Positions 6,955-10,854 of a DNA stretch of 10,854 nt are shown one piece after another. The notes beneath the pieces were generated by a model. It made no database searches, had not been told where the DNA came from, and saw nothing but the letters and a program-made list of their open reading frames with translations. The stretch is from the UHGV virus genome UHGV-0113369; one strand, given 5' to 3'. Each line of letters starts with the position of its first letter. The stretch's first letter is position 1. The DNA is from a virus. Position numbers and translations under genes: made by a program.

Positions 6955-7230
6955 ATGAAAGTCCAGATTTTAAACAATAGTGGTGAAGTCGTTTGGTCAT
7001 ACGACATAGCCGCTACTGTAGATCAGAGCGGCGATAGCTGGACCAATGGGAAACATCAGATTATGGCTGGAGTTGTGTTCTCTTTACGCCGTGCTTTAGA
7101 ACAGGCTGAAGTCTTTCCATCAGACCCTGAATGGAAATGGCCTTTTTCTATTTGTCCAAATTCGGAGAGTACATTTCAGAAAATTGGTCAGAAAGTCGCA
7201 CTCGAAGAGCATCAGCCAACTGTTTCCTGA
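6955..7230 (+). CDS. Hypothetical protein (91 aa)
   Basis: ORF with GGAGG 11 nt upstream of ATG 6955. No recognisable motif. The last ~27 codons overlap the convergent 81-aa gene, so the true 3' end is uncertain. Confidence 0.4.
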   Translation: MKVQILNNSGEVVWSYDIAATVDQSGDSWTNGKHQIMAGVVFSLRRALEQAEVFPSDPEWKWPFSICPNSESTFQKIGQKVALEEHQPTVS

Positions 7231-7393
7231 TTTTTTCAGGTAACTCGTCGGCATCGCAGAAACAACAACGCTCGATCATGTTGAAAGCTGATTCGTAGAA
7301 CTGTTTTTGCTGAGTGTCGCTGAGACAGGAAAAGAGCGACGTTACGATGATTTTATTAATTGCATTATCAAGTTCTTTTTCATCAAAAGTCAT
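7148..7393 (-). CDS. Hypothetical protein (81 aa), convergent to neighbours
   Basis: ORF with good RBS (AAAAGGAAAA, 7-8 nt spacing) before ATG 7393. Acidic/helical-looking sequence with a CCFC motif. Opposite orientation to the surrounding plus-strand genes. Confidence 0.5.
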   Translation of the reverse strand: MTFDEKELDNAINKIIVTSLFSCLSDTQQKQFYESAFNMIERCCFCDADELPEKIRKQLADALRVRLSDQFSEMYSPNLDK

Positions 7394-7646
7394 TTGATTT
7401 TCCTTTTATGTATACGGGCTTAAAAGGATACCACCGAGCCTGAAGTGGTGAAAAGACAGGCACATAACAGCTAAGTATTTTCAACCAGAGAGAATCCTTA
7501 GCGTTGTGGTGAATGCGGCTCAGCGCACGCGGGTTAAGGTTGAGGCTGACAGTCGACCTTCTGTGGATACCCACCCGCCTGGTGTGCAACCTTCGCCAGG
7601 CACCGGGAGGCACCCGGCACCACAACTTTATGCTGTGTGTAGTCTT

Positions 7647-7693
7647 GGCGGTACCAGCTTGTACCCTTGCTTCCGGCTGGTACCGTCCTTTTT
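7647..7693 (+). terminator. Intrinsic terminator-like hairpin in the leader upstream of the yfdP-like gene
   Basis: Perfect 10-bp stem CGGTACCAGC (7649-7658) / GCTGGTACCG (7676-7685), extendable by G-C and G-U pairs, loop ~15 nt, followed 3 nt later by TTTTT (7689-7693). Confidence 0.5.
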
Positions 7694-7782
7694 ACAAAAC
7701 AGAGAAGAGCATCACCGGACGACGGGCTCATAACCCAATCCATCCGGGCGGCAGTCACCGCAGGTGTTCTTCTCTGTTTTGT
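7694..7782. repeat. 20-bp imperfect inverted repeat pair flanking 49 bp
   Basis: ACAAAACAGAGAAGAGCATC (7694-7713) is the reverse complement of GGTGTTCTTCTCTGTTTTGT (7763-7782) apart from two G-T positions. The enclosed segment is GC-rich. Confidence 0.55.
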
Positions 7783-7830
7783 GGAGAAACTAACCGACCT
7801 TGCAGGGTCGATATGATGAGGAGCAGCAAA

Positions 7831-8193
7831 ATGGCTAGCGAACGCAGTACTGATGTGCAGGCATTTATCGGGGAGCTGGACGGCGGCGTATTTGAAACCA
7901 AAATCGGCGCAGTTCTCAGTGAAGTCGCTTCCGGTGTGATGAACACGAAAACCAAAGGTAAGGTCTCGCTCAACCTGGAAATCGAACCGTTTGATGAGAA
8001 CCGAGTGAAAATCAAACACAAACTCTCATATGTTCGCCCGACTAACCGCGGGAAAATTTCCGAAGAAGACACCACCGAAACGCCGATGTATGTCAATCGC
8101 GGTGGTCGCCTGACTATTCTGCAGGAAGACCAGGGACAGTTACTGACTCTTGCCGGTGAACCTGACGGAAAACTCCGCGCAGCAGGTCGTTAA
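7831..8193 (+). CDS. yfdP: YfdP-like prophage protein (120 aa)
   Basis: RBS AGGAG 7 nt upstream of ATG 7831. Length (120 aa) and position immediately upstream of a yfdQ-like gene match my recollection of CPS-53 yfdP. Upstream in-frame ATGs at 7813/7816 lack an RBS. Confidence 0.5.
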   Translation: MASERSTDVQAFIGELDGGVFETKIGAVLSEVASGVMNTKTKGKVSLNLEIEPFDENRVKIKHKLSYVRPTNRGKISEEDTTETPMYVNRGGRLTILQEDQGQLLTLAGEPDGKLRAAGR

Positions 8194-8258
8194 TATCGTT
8201 TTTAATTAACTGATTATTTATCTCATCACTGAATATCTTTATATAGTGAGGACTTATT

Positions 8259-9083
8259 ATGTCTCAGAACTTAGACGCAACCGCAATTAATCAAATCCAT
8301 GCCCTTATTTCTGCTCAGGGTGTTAATGAAATTATCAGTAAGATTGGTGCCGATGCTGTGGCATTGCCTGAGAATTTCCGCATTCATGATCTGGAAAAAT
8401 TTAATTTAAATCGCTTCCGTTTCCGTGGTGCGCTTTCCACTGCCAGCATCGATGACTTTACCCGTTATTCTAAAGATCTTGCAGATGAAGGCACCCGCTG
8501 CTTTATCGATGCTGATAATATGCGTGCCGTCAGTGTGCTTAACCTGGGTACTATTGATGAACCAGGTCACGCAGATAACACCGCCACACTCAAACTGAAA
8601 AAGACAGCACCGTTCTCTGCTCTGTTGTCTGTTAACGGCGAGCGTAACTCCCAGAAGTCACTGGCAGAATGGATTGAAGACTGGGCCGACTATCTTGTGG
8701 GCTTTGATGCTAATGGTGACGCTATTCAGGCAACAAAAGCGGCTGCGGCGGTCCGTAAAATCACGATTGAAGCAAACCAGACCGCTGATTTTGAAGATAA
8801 TGACTTCAGCGGCAAACGCTCCCTGATGGAGTCTGTCGAAGCGAAGACCAAAGACATTATGCCAGTGGCATTTGAATTTAAATGCATTCCGTTTGAAGGT
8901 CTGAAAGAACGTCCGTTTAAATTACGCCTCAGCATTATCACTGGCGATCGTCCGGTACTGGTTCTGCGCATTATTCAGCTGGAGGCGGTGCAGGAAGAAA
9001 TGGCTAACGAATTTCGTGATCTGCTTGTTGAGAAATTCAAGGACAGCAAAGTAGAAACCTTTATTGGTACTTTCACCGCCTGA
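8259..9083 (+). CDS. yfdQ: YfdQ-like DUF2303 family protein (274 aa)
   Basis: 274-aa ORF with RBS GTGAGGA upstream. Length and gene order (before an HD-domain yfdR-like gene) match the CPS-53 yfdQ/yfdR arrangement as I recall it. Confidence 0.65.
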   Translation: MSQNLDATAINQIHALISAQGVNEIISKIGADAVALPENFRIHDLEKFNLNRFRFRGALSTASIDDFTRYSKDLADEGTRCFIDADNMRAVSVLNLGTIDEPGHADNTATLKLKKTAPFSALLSVNGERNSQKSLAEWIEDWADYLVGFDANGDAIQATKAAAAVRKITIEANQTADFEDNDFSGKRSLMESVEAKTKDIMPVAFEFKCIPFEGLKERPFKLRLSIITGDRPVLVLRIIQLEAVQEEMANEFRDLLVEKFKDSKVETFIGTFTA

Positions 9084-9095
9084 TTTCATTACTGC

Positions 9096-9117
9096 AAATG
9101 CCCCTGCGGGGGCATTT
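9096..9117 (+). other. GC-rich hairpin between yfdQ-like and yfdR-like genes (possible attenuator or mRNA-stabilising stem)
   Basis: AAATGCCCC (9096-9104) / GGGGCATTT (9109-9117) with 4-nt loop TGCG, then ATGG. No clean U-tract. Confidence 0.3.
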
Positions 9118-9210
9118 ATGGAAACGTAATTTACTCAATAATCGCCGGATGGTGAGGGATTCTTTTTACCAGAATTCAGCGCGGTGCAGCGCATATACGT
9201 GGAGAACAAA

Positions 9211-9747
9211 ATGTCATTTATTAAAACTTTTTCCGGGAAGCATTTTTATTATGACAGGATAAATAAAGATGACATCGTTATTAACGATATCGCGGTTTCC
9301 CTTTCAAATATCTGTCGCTTTGCAGGACATCTTTCACACTTCTACAGCGTCGCCCAACATGCGGTTCTTTGCAGCCAGCTGGTGCCGCAGGAATTTGCTT
9401 TTGAAGCGTTAATGCATGATGCAACAGAAGCGTATTGCCAGGACATTCCCGCACCACTGAAACGCCTTCTTCCTGACTATAAACGGATGGAAGAAAAAAT
9501 AGACGCCGTAATCCGTGAGAAATACGGGTTACCCCCGGTTATGAGTACGCCCGTGAAATATGCCGATCTCATCATGCTGGCAACCGAACGCCGCGATCTC
9601 GGGCTTGATGATGGCTCTTTCTGGCCTGTACTGGAAGGTATCCCGGCAACAGAGATGTTCAAAGTTATTCCACTGTCGCCAGGCCATGCCTATGGGATGT
9701 TTATGGAACGTTTTAACGAGTTATCGGAGTTACGCAAATGCGCATGA
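9211..9747 (+). CDS. yfdR: HD-domain 5'-deoxynucleotidase (YfdR-like, 178 aa)
   Basis: From ATG 9211 (RBS GGAGA). HD-domain metal-binding residues (H...LMHDATEAY...D). Length matches my recollection of E. coli YfdR. Confidence 0.7.
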   Translation: MSFIKTFSGKHFYYDRINKDDIVINDIAVSLSNICRFAGHLSHFYSVAQHAVLCSQLVPQEFAFEALMHDATEAYCQDIPAPLKRLLPDYKRMEEKIDAVIREKYGLPPVMSTPVKYADLIMLATERRDLGLDDGSFWPVLEGIPATEMFKVIPLSPGHAYGMFMERFNELSELRKCA

Positions 9748-10337
9748 ATGTTTTCGAAATGGAAGGGTTTCTTCGCGGGAAATGTGTACCGCGAGATCTG
9801 AAAGTGAACGAAACAAACGCTGAATATCTGGTGCGTAAATTTGCTGAAGCGGAGGCCAAGATTTCGGCTCTGTACGAAGACCACCAGAAAGCGATTGAGT
9901 CAATTAAGCAGGCTGATGCAGCTGTTAAGTTGGCACACGAGAAGTTTTCAGCACTGGCAGCGGAGAATGCTGGGCTGAATAAATTTATCGCACAGAGTTG
10001 CTACGTGTTTGATGGCGAGCAGGATGAAATATCTGATGCGTATATCTGCGCAACAGATGGAGGGATGCCGCAAACACCAGCCACCGATGCTTTCCTGGCT
10101 GAAGTGAAGACTGAAGCACGCAAGGAGGGCGCTTACTTTGTGGCGAACAGAATGCTGGCTGCCTGGGAAGCTGGTTTTATTGATGATACTGCGAAGAACG
10201 CCGCGGATATTGCCAGGATGATTATTACCTCTACTGAGTTTATGGCTAATGCGCCGGAAGGCGATTTTGACCGCTCATTCTCTGATGGCGTTCTAGAAGA
10301 TATCGCCGACCAGCTTCGCAAAGGAGGCAACCAGTGA
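9738..10337 (+). CDS. Hypothetical protein (199 aa; yfdS-like position)
   Basis: ORF whose start overlaps the yfdR-like stop (ATG 9738; GGAG 9 nt upstream). N-terminal region looks coiled-coil-like. No motif recognised. Confidence 0.45.
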   Translation: MRMNVFEMEGFLRGKCVPRDLKVNETNAEYLVRKFAEAEAKISALYEDHQKAIESIKQADAAVKLAHEKFSALAAENAGLNKFIAQSCYVFDGEQDEISDAYICATDGGMPQTPATDAFLAEVKTEARKEGAYFVANRMLAAWEAGFIDDTAKNAADIARMIITSTEFMANAPEGDFDRSFSDGVLEDIADQLRKGGNQ

Positions 10338-10633
10338 GTGTATATCTTATTGATAAACGTCGACGTGGGCAACAAATACCATCTGTTGGAATGCCGAATC
10401 ACACATGGTTTTGCGTACTTGATATCGATGGTATGGATGCGTTGGTTGACACTCGTCATTACTGCGATACCGCAACAGCTACTCCGGCGAAAGCAAAGAA
10501 AATGGCTGCTCTGATAGAAAACTGGACTCCACCTGATGGTTGGTGCAATGGGAATGATCGAGATTGGCATGAAAAAATGAAGGGCTATATCTGCGATTTC
10601 TTACGTAAATGCAACGGCTTCAGGGTGATGTGA
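10334..10633 (+). CDS. Hypothetical Cys-containing small protein (99 aa), GTG start
   Basis: Strong RBS AAGGAGG 6 nt upstream of GTG 10334, which overlaps the upstream TGA (GTGA). Several Cys/His residues (C..C, HYCD, WCNG) suggest possible metal binding. Confidence 0.45.
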   Translation: MSVYLIDKRRRGQQIPSVGMPNHTWFCVLDIDGMDALVDTRHYCDTATATPAKAKKMAALIENWTPPDGWCNGNDRDWHEKMKGYICDFLRKCNGFRVM

Positions 10634-10634
10634 T

Positions 10635-10854
10635 ATGACAAAAATTAACTATCAGGCACTGCGTGCTAAGGCAGAAAAAGCAACGTGTGGTGAGTGGTCG
10701 CTCGAATATGGAGAGAGCCGATTTGATGGTGATGATGCGCTAATTCATCGCGAGGCTGCTGGATATATTCCCATTTGCAGAATTGAAGGAGCGCATCCTG
10801 AAAGCGGTTTCGATGAAGATTTCCAAATGGAACAGCAGGCCAATGCTGAATTCA
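10635..10854 (+). CDS. Hypothetical protein, 5' fragment running off the window (possibly Ead/Ea22-like)
   Basis: ATG 10635 directly after the upstream stop. N-terminus MTKINYQALRAKAEKATCGEW resembles my recollection of Ea22-like early-left proteins. No stop within the window. Confidence 0.35.
   Translation, partial: MTKINYQALRAKAEKATCGEWSLEYGESRFDGDDALIHREAAGYIPICRIEGAHPESGFDEDFQMEQQANAEF

Noticed and set aside
7226-7240. Short hairpin CCTGA-TTTTT-TCAGG as terminator of the 91-aa gene
   Set aside because: Only a 5-bp stem, and it lies inside the convergent 81-aa coding sequence; too weak to call.
7430-7449. ACCAC-N10-GTGGT inverted repeat as a lambda-like operator
   Set aside because: Only 5-bp arms, and it does not resemble the AACTAAG operator motif found around cI; could be chance.
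7494-7830. Retron msr-msd ncRNA
   Set aside because: Although inverted repeats flank a structured core, no reverse transcriptase gene is adjacent and the repeats do not match the a1/a2 plus msd-hairpin layout.
7494-7830. tRNA or tmRNA-like gene in the GC-rich segment
   Set aside because: No T-loop GTTCRANYC motif and no cloverleaf-compatible arrangement found by eye.
7811-7845. Hammerhead-ribozyme-like TGATGAGG...CGAAC motif
   Set aside because: Coincides with the tandem ATG codons and RBS of the yfdP-like gene. Stem II and III pairings are not convincing and the core is CGAAC rather than CGAAA.
7383-8096. Minus-strand ORFs 7383..7625, 7534..8019 and 7755..8096
   Set aside because: Antisense to the structured region and yfdP-like gene; no start signals; composition dominated by GC-rich repeats.
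7506-8193. Long plus-strand ORF 7513..8193 (226 aa) and ORF 7506..7733 as an N-like antiterminator or N-terminal extension of the yfdP-like protein
   Set aside because: The upstream portion crosses the GC-rich hairpin region with no RBS and non-protein-like composition. A good RBS precedes the internal ATG at 7831, giving 120 aa. No arginine-rich motif typical of N proteins.

Overview
The window reads as the early/immunity region of a lambdoid (CPS-53/KpLE1-like) enterobacterial prophage. A CI-type repressor (5932-6558, +) faces a Cro-like gene (5834-5634, -) across a 97-bp operator/promoter region. Leftward of it lies a translationally coupled minus-strand operon: CII-like regulator, a small uncertain ORF, replication initiator with an embedded iteron array, winged-helix/ANR-like regulator, N6-adenine methyltransferase, LexA-DBD-like protein, RusA resolvase, KilA-N protein and a DUF968 protein. 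Rightward of cI are a putative terminator and pL-like promoter, a free-standing ClpX-type zinc-finger protein, two small unknown genes in convergent overlap, a GC-rich structured non-coding segment of about 330 bp, and a yfdP/yfdQ/yfdR-like plus-strand operon. The most unusual content is the accessory module between cI and the yfdP-like operon and the structured element beside it. All calls rest on reading the ORF translations and sequence by eye; no searches or folding computations were run, and family assignments come from recalled motifs.
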